From: Myxococcota bacterium
GTDB lineage: Bacteria > Myxococcota > Kuafuiibacteriia > Kuafuiibacteriales > Kuafuiibacteriaceae
Direction: 5' to 3'
DNA: 64,000 nt
Assembly (NCBI GenBank): GCA_050331295.1
Contig: JBHJGZ010000003.1
Span: forward strand, 53,459-117,458
Made by a program: the position numbers and the translations under genes. The notes beneath the pieces are model-generated. The model was not told where the DNA came from. It worked only from the letters and a program-made list of their open reading frames with translations, and did no database searches. Below are positions 19,599 through 31,610 of this stretch, piece by piece. Each line of letters opens with the position of its first letter. Position 1 is the stretch's first letter.

Positions 19599-20819
19599 TC
19601 AACCACCGAACAGAGCGAGCTGTTCGGGCCGCACCAAGGAATGCACCCGGATCCCCCTCGTGCGAAGCGCATCGGCCAGATCTTCGTCCGGAGCGTGGGT
19701 GAGATAAACCTCTTCCGGTCCGCAGGAGGTGACGAATTCCAGAAGCTCCTTGTGGTCGGCGGCTTCGGCCAACGGGAACGCTGCATCCACTCGAGTACGG
19801 TAAGCGAATCCGGGCTCTAGCGCTCGACCCGAAATGAGGGCCAATCGGTGGTTCTTGATGTTTCGAACCGTGGTGTCGTGACGCAGAATCGGTGGGACCA
19901 CGATGACTTCGTCCCGAGCCGGATGCCCTTGCAAACGCTTCACACCCAAGAGGTTGCAGCCGAGCTGAATGTAGGCACGGCCCACGTCGTAGATGGACCG
20001 ATGCGCTCTCAGGCGGTAACCCCGCTTTCCGAGGAGGTACATGAGCTCCTGAGCGGGCCCCATCGGTGGGACCAACAGCACCGGCACGCCTTTGTTCTCC
20101 AGCGTATCGTCGATGAAGCTCAGAATCTTTTCCAAGACCTCTTCTCGCTCCGGGAATCGGAAATGACGGCTCCCGAATGTCGCTGGCAGCGCGACGGCGT
20201 CGCACTCCACCGGTCGGGCGCGCTCGGCAGTGGACAGGCGCTGGGAAAGGAAATCGTTTGTGTAGAGCAGTCGGCGCTCGCCGCGAGTCACCCGAAGCTG
20301 CGCAGCGCCCAGCATCCGTCCGGCCGGAAACATCTCGAGTTCCAGCGCGCCGAGGACGAAGGGCCTCCGATAAGGGCTGGTCAGCGCGTCGACCCGTCCG
20401 CTGCCTCGGGTGAGGATTCGAACCGTCTCTTCCGTGGCCAGGATGCGTCGATGTTTTCCGATGAAATCGGCATGGGCGCTGGAAATGAACGCCATGTCTC
20501 GCCGTCGGTCGGCGTCGAACCACAGGACGGAATCCGTCAAATGGACCCCGCCCGACCATTCGAATTCTCGCCACGGCATGCCGAAGTACCGGCCGCTCGC
20601 CCCGGTTCTCGGCTCCGCAGGCCCGCCGGCTCCTTCCCTCGCCACCATCGGTACCGGCCGAAGGGCGCGGGTGCCCGAAGCGCTCCGCTCTCCCAGGCTC
20701 GCGGATGGAACTCTCGGTGCGGGCTCTGCTTTCCCAGCGGGCGGCTCGGGGGCGAAAAAATCTAGATTGCGGCCGACGCTCGAGAAGCGCGGGTGCGGAG
20801 GCGTGCGTCGGGGCTCCAT
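19599..20819 (-). CDS. Metallo-beta-lactamase/beta-CASP fold protein with degenerate metal ligands
   Basis: Resembles ligase-associated/RNA-processing MBL exonucleases (FISSAHADF, PAGRMLG, LYTND, ATFG, VYLTH). Alternative start 20579. Confidence 0.8.
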   Translation of the reverse strand: MEPRRTPPHPRFSSVGRNLDFFAPEPPAGKAEPAPRVPSASLGERSASGTRALRPVPMVAREGAGGPAEPRTGASGRYFGMPWREFEWSGGVHLTDSVLWFDADRRRDMAFISSAHADFIGKHRRILATEETVRILTRGSGRVDALTSPYRRPFVLGALELEMFPAGRMLGAAQLRVTRGERRLLYTNDFLSQRLSTAERARPVECDAVALPATFGSRHFRFPEREEVLEKILSFIDDTLENKGVPVLLVPPMGPAQELMYLLGKRGYRLRAHRSIYDVGRAYIQLGCNLLGVKRLQGHPARDEVIVVPPILRHDTTVRNIKNHRLALISGRALEPGFAYRTRVDAAFPLAEAADHKELLEFVTSCGPEEVYLTHAPDEDLADALRTRGIRVHSLVRPEQLALFGG

Positions 20820-20908
20820 GGGGCGATCCCCAGAAAACGTATGAACACGAGCATCCGGGATCAAGTTTTGACGCCGCGCCTCCGCGGGATGTGGCAACGT
20901 TTCACGTG

Positions 20909-21133
20909 ATGACCACGGACGAGGTGAAGGCCCTGATCGAACAGGGGGTGCCCAACGCTGAGGCGACGGTGACGGATCTGACCGGAACCGGCGACCACTT
21001 CCGAGCCGATGTCGTCTCGGAAGCGTTTCGCGGCCTGTCGCCCATCGAACAACACAAGCTGGTCTATGGCGCCCTCGGAACCCTGGTCGGGGGCCCGATC
21101 CACGCCCTTCAACTGTTCACCAAGACACCGTAG
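20909..21133 (+). CDS. bolA: BolA family protein
   Basis: GDHF..VVSEAFRGL..IEQHKLVY..IHALQL. Confidence 0.9.
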   Translation: MTTDEVKALIEQGVPNAEATVTDLTGTGDHFRADVVSEAFRGLSPIEQHKLVYGALGTLVGGPIHALQLFTKTP

Positions 21134-21144
21134 GCCAGTTCGGC

Positions 21145-22284
21145 TTAGGCCAGTTCTTCGAGCATCGCTTCCCGCTCGCGAACAACCGCTTCCCGCTCCG
21201 CTTCCAGGTGCCGGGCGATCAGATCATGAACCCGTGGGTCGCGAACGTAGTGGGCCGAGTGCATCAGCGTGGGCTCGAAACCTCTGACCCGCTTGTGCTC
21301 CCCTCCGGCGCCGGGCTCGAAAACGTCCAATCCCTTTTCCAGACATTCCTGGACTCCATGATAGTAGCACACGTTGAAGTGAAGATGCCGCAGCTCTCGA
21401 AAGCATCCCCAGTAACGTCCATACAAACGTGAGCCTTTCTCGAAGTTCACCGCCCCGGCCACAACCTCGCCCGACGCGGTCTCGGCGACCACCAGCCGCA
21501 GGGTGTCTTGCAGCTCCTGTGTCCAGACCTCGAAGGCTTTCTCGGTCAGATAGCGACGCCCCCAAAAGAACTTGTCGACGGTCGAGCGGTAGAGTCGAAA
21601 GGCGAGGCGTGCCTTACCGCAAAGCGCTTCACCACCGAGCGTTCTGATCGTCACCCCTTGCTTTTCGAGCTCGCGTCGTTCTCGCTTCAGTTGATTGCGA
21701 CGCTTGCTGTTGAAACGACCCAAGTACTCGTCGAAGGAGGTCTGACCCTGCCGACTCCAGTGGTACTGAAGTCCGAATCGCCGCATGAAACCTGCTTCCG
21801 CCAGGGCGTCGGCCTCCTCCGGACTGGTGAAATTCACATGGACGCTGCTGAGCTCCATGGCGCGGCACATCTCCATGAGGACTTCGGCCAAGGAACGCCG
21901 CAGGGCGACCGGATCTTCGTCCGGATGCACCAGGAGTCGAGGCCCGGTCACCGGTGTGAAGGGCACGCCCACCAAAAGCTTTGGATAGTACTCGATGCCC
22001 AGGCGATGACAGAGATCCGCCCACGCGAAGTCGAAAACGAACTCGCCCTGACTGTGCAGCTTGATGTAGGCCGGCGCGGCGGCGATGACCTTCGGCCCGC
22101 GTTTCACCACCGGAAATCTCGGAATCCAGCCGGTCTGCGCCTGGATGGTGCCTGCGCGCTCGAGGCTCTGAAGAAACCGCCACTCCACGAAGGGAGACGC
22201 ATCTTCGGCACCGACCAACGGGTCCCAGTCTTGCGGGTCCACCTCGGAGGCGCCCTCGACCACCTCGACCGTCAGCGTATCCAC
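21145..22284 (-). CDS. GNAT/FemAB-like acyltransferase (DUF482 type)
   Basis: KLHSQGEFVFDFAWA, YYPKL..PFTPVTG, LYGRYWG, LHFNVCYY, GAGGEHK. GTG start inferred. Confidence 0.9.
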   Translation of the reverse strand: MDTLTVEVVEGASEVDPQDWDPLVGAEDASPFVEWRFLQSLERAGTIQAQTGWIPRFPVVKRGPKVIAAAPAYIKLHSQGEFVFDFAWADLCHRLGIEYYPKLLVGVPFTPVTGPRLLVHPDEDPVALRRSLAEVLMEMCRAMELSSVHVNFTSPEEADALAEAGFMRRFGLQYHWSRQGQTSFDEYLGRFNSKRRNQLKRERRELEKQGVTIRTLGGEALCGKARLAFRLYRSTVDKFFWGRRYLTEKAFEVWTQELQDTLRLVVAETASGEVVAGAVNFEKGSRLYGRYWGCFRELRHLHFNVCYYHGVQECLEKGLDVFEPGAGGEHKRVRGFEPTLMHSAHYVRDPRVHDLIARHLEAEREAVVREREAMLEELA

Positions 22285-22706
22285 TCGTGCGAGCCTATCC
22301 GCAGCGCTCCCCGGACCGGAGGATTTTCGACGGGTCGAGCAGAAACCTCCAAAAAGCGGAGAAGTTCCACATGGTGCAGACAACGCCACGAGGAGCACGA
22401 ACCCACGTAGGCGCATCCACGTGGGTCCGGCTGCGGAGCCCTGCGCTCGAGCGACCGAGCGTGACCGAACGCGCGTGACCAGAAGAATGGGCAAGCGAGC
22501 TTGCCGGATTGGATGAGACCATCGTTGCCGGTTTTCGGAGCGCATCCGATGTCGGCTGAAGTGGGGGAATGCACATCCAGGGCGGTGGAATGAAGGCCGA
22601 GAGCCTAGTGGGGACTGCCGCCGCCATCCTGGCCGTCTCGATCCCCGAATTGAATCCAGACGACGAGGGGCTTCTCGGGGGCATCCGACTTGCACCCTTC
22701 GACTTC

Positions 22707-23324
22707 ATGCAGAAAAGAAGGCCGTCGTTTTCATTCGGCGGCGCAGGCCTGCACGTCGCCGTTGTGATGGGAGCCATGACGGTCGCCGTGCCGGCGGATG
22801 GGACCGTCCTCGCGGATGTGCCGATGCCCACGATGGCGGTTCAGGCTGAAACGATTGTCCGCGGCGTGGTCCAGCAAGTCGGAGCTCGAATCGTGGTCCT
22901 CCGCTCTGGGCATCGCGTCGAAACGCGAACCCGCATCAGCGTTCAATCGTGCTGGAAGGGAGACTGCGGGACGGCTGTGACCGTGGTCGAACCGGGCGGA
23001 GAGACGCCGTACGGTCGTGCGGTGACCCACGGGGCGCCTCGGTACGCGGTCGGCGAAGAGGTGGTGGTGTTTCTGGAGCGCGGCCGAGGGGGCGAGCTTC
23101 ACACCTACGGCATGGCGCTGGGGCGATTTCAGGTGCACCGCGACGCCGAGGGAGGTGCGTGGGCGATCCGCGACCTCTCCGACGTCGTGCTGGCAAGAGA
23201 CGTGGGCTCGCGCATGACCCTCGCCGAGGGGAGCGCACTCGAGGTCCTTCCGTTGTCCGACCTCTCGGAGATGGTCCGAAGAGCGTGGCCTCCCCAGTCC
23301 AGGCCCGAAGGCATTCCTCGATGA
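22707..23324 (+). CDS. Secreted hypothetical protein, partner of the downstream metalloprotease
   Basis: Signal-like N-terminus; IVRGVV..PGG..GEEVVVFL pattern; ATGA overlap with the next gene. Confidence 0.7.
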   Translation: MQKRRPSFSFGGAGLHVAVVMGAMTVAVPADGTVLADVPMPTMAVQAETIVRGVVQQVGARIVVLRSGHRVETRTRISVQSCWKGDCGTAVTVVEPGGETPYGRAVTHGAPRYAVGEEVVVFLERGRGGELHTYGMALGRFQVHRDAEGGAWAIRDLSDVVLARDVGSRMTLAEGSALEVLPLSDLSEMVRRAWPPQSRPEGIPR

Positions 23325-24679
23325 GGAGGCTCAGGGTCTCGTTGCTCACGTTCCTCCTGGTCGCAGGCACGGAGGGTTCTTCTTCGGCGTGGTCCGGCAT
23401 CGGCGCGACGTGGCCTCGAGGAACGCCTGCCTATCGATTCGAGCAGAGCGGTTCGGATGACCTGGGAGACCTCAGCGAACCTCTCACCCGGGAAGGCATG
23501 GAGGTTTGGTCCACACTTCCATGTACCGGCTATCAGCCGGTGTACGAAGGCGTGACCCCAGTGGAGCCGGGAACGTACGAAGGGGTCAACGTCGTGGGCT
23601 GGATCGAGCAGGGCTGGACCCGTGGAAGCGGCGTGATCGGAACGACGTCCACGCGCATCGGCGGGTCCGGCATCGTCGAGGCCGACATCGCGCTGAACGG
23701 TGAGGACTGGACCTGGGTCACGGGAGATGGGTCCACGTCGAATCGAACTTGCAACGCGTTCACCATCATCGCCCACGAAGCCGGTCACTTCGCCGGTCTC
23801 GGTCACTCGAACGCGAGCGTGACCATCATGCGGTCGTCCTACAGCGGCGGAACCGGTTTCCTTTCAGAAGACGATGAAGAGGGGATCTGCACCCTCTATC
23901 CGGTCCCCGAGCCGCCCATGCCGTGTTCGCAAACCGGGTGTCCGGCGGGACAGGAGTGCGTCGATGAAGCCTGTATGACCTCCTTGGAGATCCTGTGCGC
24001 TCCCTGCAGCCAGGGCGCGGACTGTGGTGGTCCCGATGACCAATGTCTTCGATATCCCGACGGCTATAGCGGGTGTGCCGTCGCATGCGATGCAGACGAC
24101 GATTGTGGAGACGAAGCCTATGACTGTCTTCGGGTCCGGGGCGCGGACCGCCGCCAGTGTGTTCGCCGGGTCGACGGGGTGGAGGGATGCTTCGACCTTC
24201 CTCCCGCAGCGCCCCCCGCTCCGCCGAGTCCTCCTCCTCCCGACCCAGCGCCCCCTCCCGCTCCCGAACCGCCACTCCCCATGCCTCCGGAACCCGACGA
24301 GCCGCCCCTGCCGCCGGGCGATGCCGCGTTGGGCAGCATCTGCCTCGACGGAAGCGACTGCGCGTCCGGCGTCTGCGTCACGAACAATGGCGACAGCTTC
24401 TGCAGTCAGCCTTGCGGAGAGACGTGCCCCGTCGATTTCGAATGCGTTCGAACCGGGTCCCTCGACTTTTGCCAACCCGTCGCGCTGGGGGAGGAAGACC
24501 CCCCTGGGACCGACTCGGTTCCAGGGCAGAGCGGCTCCGAACCCGACATTCCGGTCCATGGCGGCTGCACCAGTACCGGACCTCGGCAGCCGGGACCGGT
24601 GCACTTCGCCTTGGGAGCCCTGCTCGCGGCGGCGCTGCGCCGAAGGCGAAGGCGTCGTCACCCCAGCTGTCTTTCATAG
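23321..24679 (+). CDS. Matrixin-like (metzincin) metalloprotease with Cys-rich repeats and MYXO-CTERM-like tail
   Basis: Signal peptide; HEAGHFAGLGH and Met-turn; Cys-rich modules; Pro linker; GGC..hydrophobic helix..RRRRRR. Confidence 0.88.
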   Translation: MRRLRVSLLTFLLVAGTEGSSSAWSGIGATWPRGTPAYRFEQSGSDDLGDLSEPLTREGMEVWSTLPCTGYQPVYEGVTPVEPGTYEGVNVVGWIEQGWTRGSGVIGTTSTRIGGSGIVEADIALNGEDWTWVTGDGSTSNRTCNAFTIIAHEAGHFAGLGHSNASVTIMRSSYSGGTGFLSEDDEEGICTLYPVPEPPMPCSQTGCPAGQECVDEACMTSLEILCAPCSQGADCGGPDDQCLRYPDGYSGCAVACDADDDCGDEAYDCLRVRGADRRQCVRRVDGVEGCFDLPPAAPPAPPSPPPPDPAPPPAPEPPLPMPPEPDEPPLPPGDAALGSICLDGSDCASGVCVTNNGDSFCSQPCGETCPVDFECVRTGSLDFCQPVALGEEDPPGTDSVPGQSGSEPDIPVHGGCTSTGPRQPGPVHFALGALLAAALRRRRRRRHPSCLS

Positions 24680-24726
24680 CGCCGCCCGATCTCGACGTCT
24701 CGGTGCACTCGGTTTAGCCAGTCGGT

Positions 24727-25167
24727 GTGCAATACCTCCACACCATGGTCCGCGTCTCAGACCTCGACAGATCCCTGGATTTCTATTGCTCGAAGCTCGG
24801 AATGGTCGAGATCCGCCGAACGGAGCATGAGAAGGGCCGCTTCACGTTGGTCTTCCTCGTCGCCCCAGGAGACGAAGCACGCGCGAAGACCGACCAATCG
24901 CCGATGGTAGAGCTGACGTACAATTGGGATCCCGAACCCCTCCCCGGAGGCCGCAACTTTGGCCACCTCGCTTATCGGGTGGACGACATCTACCAAGTCT
25001 GCGCGAAGCTTCGTGAGCGCGGCGTGACCATCAATCGGCCGCCCCGGGACGGCCGCATGGCGTTCATCCGAAGCCCGGACGGAATCTCGATCGAATTGCT
25101 CCAGGCGGGCGAACCTAAGGAGCCACAGGAACCGTGGGCCTCGATGCCCAACGTCGGTTCATGGTGA
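24727..25167 (+). CDS. gloA: Lactoylglutathione lyase (glyoxalase I, VOC family)
   Basis: [30 protein letters not shown]. Confidence 0.9.
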   Translation: MQYLHTMVRVSDLDRSLDFYCSKLGMVEIRRTEHEKGRFTLVFLVAPGDEARAKTDQSPMVELTYNWDPEPLPGGRNFGHLAYRVDDIYQVCAKLRERGVTINRPPRDGRMAFIRSPDGISIELLQAGEPKEPQEPWASMPNVGSW

Positions 25168-25430
25168 CGACAAACCGTACCGGACCTTCCTTCATGAGTG
25201 ACCAAACGCTCTTCGAATGCCGTCCCGACGGCACCAGCGGGCCTCGGGCCGGCGAGGAGGCGGAGGTCGGCCTCGACTATATCGAGGTTCGGGTGAAGTA
25301 CCGCGCGACGCCTTGAAGAAATCCTCTCCCATTTGGAGAGGATGCCGTTGCAGGCACTGCTCGCCGGGGACCTACATCGGGGTCCGGTGGGACCTTGATT
25401 CCCTTCACAGCCAAGGCGTTCGATCTCGGC

Positions 25431-26522
25431 ATGGTTCGGATGACCGGGGTCTTGCTCCTTGCATTGTTGATCGCGCACTGCGGAGCAGAGCTTGGGTCTC
25501 CGAATCCCACGGTCGGGGCGTTCGCTCCCGGATCGAATGAAGATTCAGGTGAAGAGGGCTCCGGCTCCGCGACCAGCCCAACCGACCCCACCAACCCAAC
25601 CAGCCCAACGGACCCCACCGACCCGACCGATCTGACCGGCGGCTCGCCCGACTTGGGTGCATCAGCCGACATCGGCAGCGACCCTGTCCCCGAACCACGG
25701 GATGCCGGTGAGGGCACCGGGATGGATGCGGGGGCACCGCCCATCGCGCCTCCCGATTTGGATCTGGGCGCCGGCCCGCCCGACGCCAGCGCTCCTGGGC
25801 CGGATCAAGGACCCGGCTCTGAGGACGCCGGTGCACCTTCCCCCGCGGCGACGTTCGTCGAGCAGGAGGGAGAGGTGATCATGGAAATGGAGTCGGCCAC
25901 CATCCCTGCCGGCTCGGAGTGGACGATGCAGTCCGAGTTGTCCGGACATACCGGGACCGGATATCTGCAGTTTCGGGGGAATGGGGTCTGCAACGGACCT
26001 GCCAACGACCCGGTGGACTTTTCGTTCGAGTTGACGACGCAAGCCAGGTTTCGACTCCATCTTCGCGCGGCCCGCTTTCATCACTGCGTGAGGGGGCAGC
26101 CCCACGGAAGCAACAATCGCTGCGAAGAAAATGACCGCACCTGCAACAGTTTGGGCTACCCGTCTGGAAACCAGTGTCCTGAATCGAATCAGTGTATTCG
26201 CACCGACATCTCGAATGATGCCTTCGTTCAGATCCGAACCGAAGGAGGAGACTACGTTCCTTTCGTGGATCAGCCGTCGGGCTCGGTCGGCAACGGCATC
26301 AAGCTGTTTGGAGGCGGCAACAACAGCTGGAGCTGGACCGGCAACAATGCCCTGGATACCAACGGTCGAAAGTGGGCGGCCGAGTGGGACCTCTCCCCCG
26401 GAGTCTACCGGCTGGTGATTCACGGTCGCTCCCAGGACTTTCGCATCGACCGGGTCCTTCTTTACGACGTGGAGCGCGGAGGTACGCAGGGCGCCGCGGA
26501 CCGCCCAGAAACGCGTCCGTAA
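25431..26522 (+). CDS. Putative lipoprotein with low-complexity linker and carbohydrate-binding-like beta-sandwich
   Basis: Lipobox-like LLIAHC; PT(D/N/S) repeats; C-terminal domain FVEQEGEVIMEME..FRIDRVLLY with a Cys-rich insert. Confidence 0.7.
   Translation: MVRMTGVLLLALLIAHCGAELGSPNPTVGAFAPGSNEDSGEEGSGSATSPTDPTNPTSPTDPTDPTDLTGGSPDLGASADIGSDPVPEPRDAGEGTGMDAGAPPIAPPDLDLGAGPPDASAPGPDQGPGSEDAGAPSPAATFVEQEGEVIMEMESATIPAGSEWTMQSELSGHTGTGYLQFRGNGVCNGPANDPVDFSFELTTQARFRLHLRAARFHHCVRGQPHGSNNRCEENDRTCNSLGYPSGNQCPESNQCIRTDISNDAFVQIRTEGGDYVPFVDQPSGSVGNGIKLFGGGNNSWSWTGNNALDTNGRKWAAEWDLSPGVYRLVIHGRSQDFRIDRVLLYDVERGGTQGAADRPETRP
25574..25632 (+). repeat. Imperfect 9-bp tandem repeat encoding (P-T-D/N/S)x6
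   Basis: AGC CCAACCGAC CCCACCAAC CCAACCAGC CCAACGGAC CCCACCGAC CCGACCGAT. Confidence 0.7.
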
Positions 26523-26691
26523 CCTCGAGATGCCGCCCCTCGACGTCCTTTAGGCCATTCGTTCCTGCAGCGTCGTTTCTTGACGGCGTGATGCCCGTGC
26601 TTACCTCTAGCTCTCGGAAGCGGGGCGAAAGGCTCGCTTTCTTGAATCCAATCTTGAGCGAAGGCGCGTCTAACGCGGGACGGAATTCTGC

Positions 26692-27596
<905 letters not shown>

Positions 27597-27600
<4 letters not shown>

Positions 27601-30600
27601 GCGCGTTCTGGTCATTGGTCCGCTTCGAGCTCCGATATCAGATGCGTGGCCCCACGTTCGCCGCGTCCTTCATCGTCTTCTTTCTCCTCGCCTTCTTCGC
27701 CACGGTATCCGACCGCGTCACCATCGGCGGCATCAGGTCCGTCGACATCAATGCGCCGAGTGCCGTCGCATTGAGCATCAGCGTTCTCTCGCTCTTCGCG
27801 TTGTTCATCCCCACCTCGATGCTGGCCGGAGGCGTCATTCGAGACGTCGAATACAAGACCGAGGAGCTCTTTCACGCCACGCCTCTCCGGCCATCGACCT
27901 TCATCCTCGGTCGGTTCACCGGCGGATTCTTGGCAAGCGTTCTTGCCTTTGCCAGCGTTCCGCTCGCCATCTATGTCGGATGCTTCATGCCTTGGCTGGA
28001 CCCGGAGAGGCTAGGCCCGATGGGCGCCGGCGGCTATCTTTATCTTTACGGCTGGATTGGCGGAGTCAACATGCTGGTCAGCGGACTGGTGTTCTTCACG
28101 GTTTCGAACCTGACCCGCTCGATGTTCGCGACCTATACCGCTCTGACCATCTTTCTCTTCTTTTACCTCACGGGAACCATCCTGCTGGATGAACCTCAGT
28201 ATCGAGACATGATCGCCACGTGGGACCCCATCGGCGTGAACACCCTCGTGGAGACGATGCGGTATTGGACGCCCGCCGAAAGAAACCTCGAGATCGTCCC
28301 CCTCCAGGGCACATTCTTGGTCAATCGGCTTCTGTGGGTCGGGATCGGCGTTCTGCTCTTGTTGATAAACGTCTTCACGTTCTCCTTCACGAGGCGATCA
28401 TCCGGCTTTCGCCGACCACGAGGACGGTCAACTGACCAAACACCGGACGCCGCGACGACCCGGCCATCGCAATCCGGCCTTCCTCGAGTCCAACCTGAAT
28501 CCCACCCTTCGTGGCGGCAGCTCGGGGAACGGGTCCGTTTCGAGGCGACGGCCGTCCTCAAGAACGTCGCCTTCTGGATCCTGCTGGCGGTGGGCGTCCT
28601 GAACACTCTCGGTTCGCTCTTGAACCTCGACGTTTTGTACGGAACCCCTTCCTATCCCATGACCCGAGTCATGTTGGAGTCGATCCGAGGTGCGTTCGGC
28701 ATCATTCCGCTGATCATCGCCGTCTACTATGCCTCGGAGCTCGTGTGGCGTGAACGCGCCGTGGGGGTCTCGGAGGTGGTCGATGCCACACCGACACCGA
28801 GTTGGGTATTCGTCCTTTCCAAGTTCCTCGCCCTCTCGATGGTCGTGGCGTCCCTGTTCCTGGTGGCCATCATGACCGCGGTCGTCGTGCAGCTGGTCAA
28901 TGGCTACTCGAACCTGGAACTCGATCAGTACGCGCTCCGTTTCGCGATGGAGTTCTTCTTGCCGTTCACCTTACTGTCGATTCTGAGTCTCTTCGTTCAA
29001 GTGCTCACGAACAATCGATGGCTCGGCGTACTGATGGTGGTGCTGTACATCGTCGCGACCCTCACCCTGGCCGACTTTGGATACGACCACAACCTGTTGA
29101 TTTTCGGGAGTACGCCCGCCACACCCTATTCGGATCTCAATGGCTATGGACACTTCCTCGCCATACGCGCCTGGTTCTTGATCTATTGGGGATTCTGGTC
29201 CGCCGTCCTGATGGTGTTGACATACCTCCTCTGGAATCGCGGATCACTTCGTTCTCTGCCGGCGCGCCTGCGCGGTCTTGGTTCCGCACCCGTTTCTGCC
29301 CGCCTCATCATCGCCACCAGCCTCATCGGTGCGACGGCCAGCGGCGCTTGGATCTTCTACAATACGAACATCCGAAATCAGTACATGAACAACATCCGTG
29401 TCGAGCTGCGGAGTCTGGACTACGAAGACCGGTATCGAACCCATGAGCTCCTTCCTCAACCAAAGATCGTAGCGGTGAACGCCACCGTCGACATGTACCC
29501 GCACCAGCGACGTACGGTTTCGAAAGGAACCTATGAGCTGGTCAATCGAACCGACGAGGCAGTCGACATGCTCCTCGTAGACTACGCCTACGGTCTGCAA
29601 GTACTGTCTCAATCCATCGATCGTGGTTCGATCCGGTCGAAGGATGATCGCCACAACACCGTACAGTTCGAGCTTGAACCGCCGATGGAACCCAACGAAA
29701 TGCGGACGTTTCACTTCGAAACCATCCGTACCAACCCGGGATTCAAGAACAGCGACAACCAGTCTCCCGTCGTAGACAATGGGAGCTTCCTCAACAATTT
29801 GGACATTTTTCCCCTGATCGGATTCAACCCTTTGAAGCTGCTTCAAGCGCGAGAGGATCGCCGTCGGTACGACCGAGAACCTCTTCCCCGCGCGCCGGAT
29901 TTGGAAGACGAGGTGCGATGGACGCAAAGCGTCTTGCGCTCAGATTCGGACTGGGTGGACTTTGAGGCGACTTTATCCACTGTCGACGACCAGGTGGCCA
30001 TTGCACCGGGATATCTTACCGCAGAATGGAAGGAGGGGGGTCGGCGCTACTTCCGATACGAGATGGACCGACCTATCATGAACTTCTTTTCATTCCAGTC
30101 CGCCAGGTACGAAGTTCAGGAAGAGAAGTGGCGAGATGTCGACCTTCAGGTCTTCTACCATCCCGAGCACGACTTCAACGTGGACCGCATGATGAGTTCG
30201 ATGCGGGCTTCGCTCGAGTATTTTACGGCGAATTTCTCACCCTTTCAGTACCGCCAGATGCGCATCTTGGAGTTTCCAGCCTATGAGCGCTTCGCGCAGT
30301 CCTTCCCGAACACCGTCCCGTATTCGGAGTCGATCGGATTCATCCTGGATCTCCGTGACGAGACGGACATCGATGCCGTCTTCTACGTCACCGCTCACGA
30401 AGTGGCTCACCAGTGGTGGGCGCATCAAGTCTGTCCAGCTTTTACCCAAGGCTGGACGATGGTGATCGAGACGTTTGCTCAATACAGTGCGCTGATGGTG
30501 ATGGAGAAGGCGTATGGGCATCATCATCTTCGTCGGTTCCTGAAATACGAGCTGGACCGATACCTCGCTGGCCGAGCCACTGAACCCGAAGCGGAGCGTC

Positions 30601-31190
30601 CTCTGTATCGCGTCGAAGACCAGGGCTACATTCATTATCGGAAAGGATCGCTCGTCATGTACGCGCTCAAGGACTATCTTGGAGAAGAGGTTGTGAATCG
30701 CAGCCTGGCTCGACTGATTCGCGAATACGGAGGCAGCATCGACCCCTATCCGCGCTCGGTCGATTTTCTCCGGATCCTCCGCGAGGAGGCTCCGGAGGAG
30801 TACGGCCCTTTGATCACCGACCTGTTCGAGAAGATCATTCTCTACGACCTCCGAGTCATCGAAGCCGATGTCGAGAAGCGAGACGACGGCCGGTTCGATG
30901 TGTCGATGACGGTCTCGGCGACCAAGCTGGAGAGCGACGAGAAGGGTCATGAGACGGAGCTAGAGTTGGACCTGCCGATCGACATCGGAGTCTTTTCAAA
31001 AGACCTTGAAAAGGTTTATGAGGGAACCGAACACATTCTCGTCTTTGAGAAGCATCGTATTCGAAGCGGAGAAACCTCCTTCGACTTCGTGGTCGACAGC
31101 GCCCCGGTGATGGTGGGCATCGACCCTTACAACAAGCTCATCGACCGGATTTCAGAAGACAACGTTCGGCGGGTCGAGGCGCCCCAATGA
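27597..31190 (+). CDS. ABC-2 permease fused to an M1 aminopeptidase domain
   Basis: Two multi-TM blocks, then FAQSFP, HEVAHQWW-x-E (HExxH-x18-E) and YRKG. Confidence 0.9.
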
Positions 31191-31204
31191 CCGGCGAACA
31201 TTCA

Positions 31205-31483
31205 TCATGAGGGTTTGGAGGCAAACCGATTGCGGGCTCGAGCCCGCGCCTTCTCCATTTCTTCCTGACGGTCTCGCGGAGGTACGCGGGTATGAAGCTT
31301 GCCGATGAGCTGCGCCGTCGCCCGAGCGACGGCTTCCACGGCCTCTTCGAACGCGGTTTCGTTGGCCCGGGAAGGCCTCGTGAAACCCGAGACCTTCCGC
31401 ACGTACTGAAGAGCCGCTGCCCGCATCTCTTCTTCCGTGGCGGGAGGGTCGAAGTTCGAAAGCCGACGAATGTTTCGGCACAT
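31205..31483 (-). CDS. DUF2277 family protein
   Basis: MCRNIRRLSNFDPPATEEEMRAAALQYVRKVSG. Confidence 0.85.
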   Translation of the reverse strand: MCRNIRRLSNFDPPATEEEMRAAALQYVRKVSGFTRPSRANETAFEEAVEAVARATAQLIGKLHTRVPPRDRQEEMEKARARARNRFASKPS

Positions 31484-31610
31484 GACCACCACTCTTGGCC
31501 TTCCACCGTCTCGGTCAAGTCCCCTCCACGCGGACTCGACCGTTCATTTCGTGGACTCGCCCTGACCGTTTGCGTTTCCGACGGACCGCGATGCATCGTG
31601 CGAGACGATC

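Noticed and set aside
24200-24315. C-rich repetitive DNA here and in 53000-53700 as repeat arrays or CRISPR
   Set aside because: Explained by Pro-rich protein linkers; no constant repeat-spacer periodicity and no cas genes.
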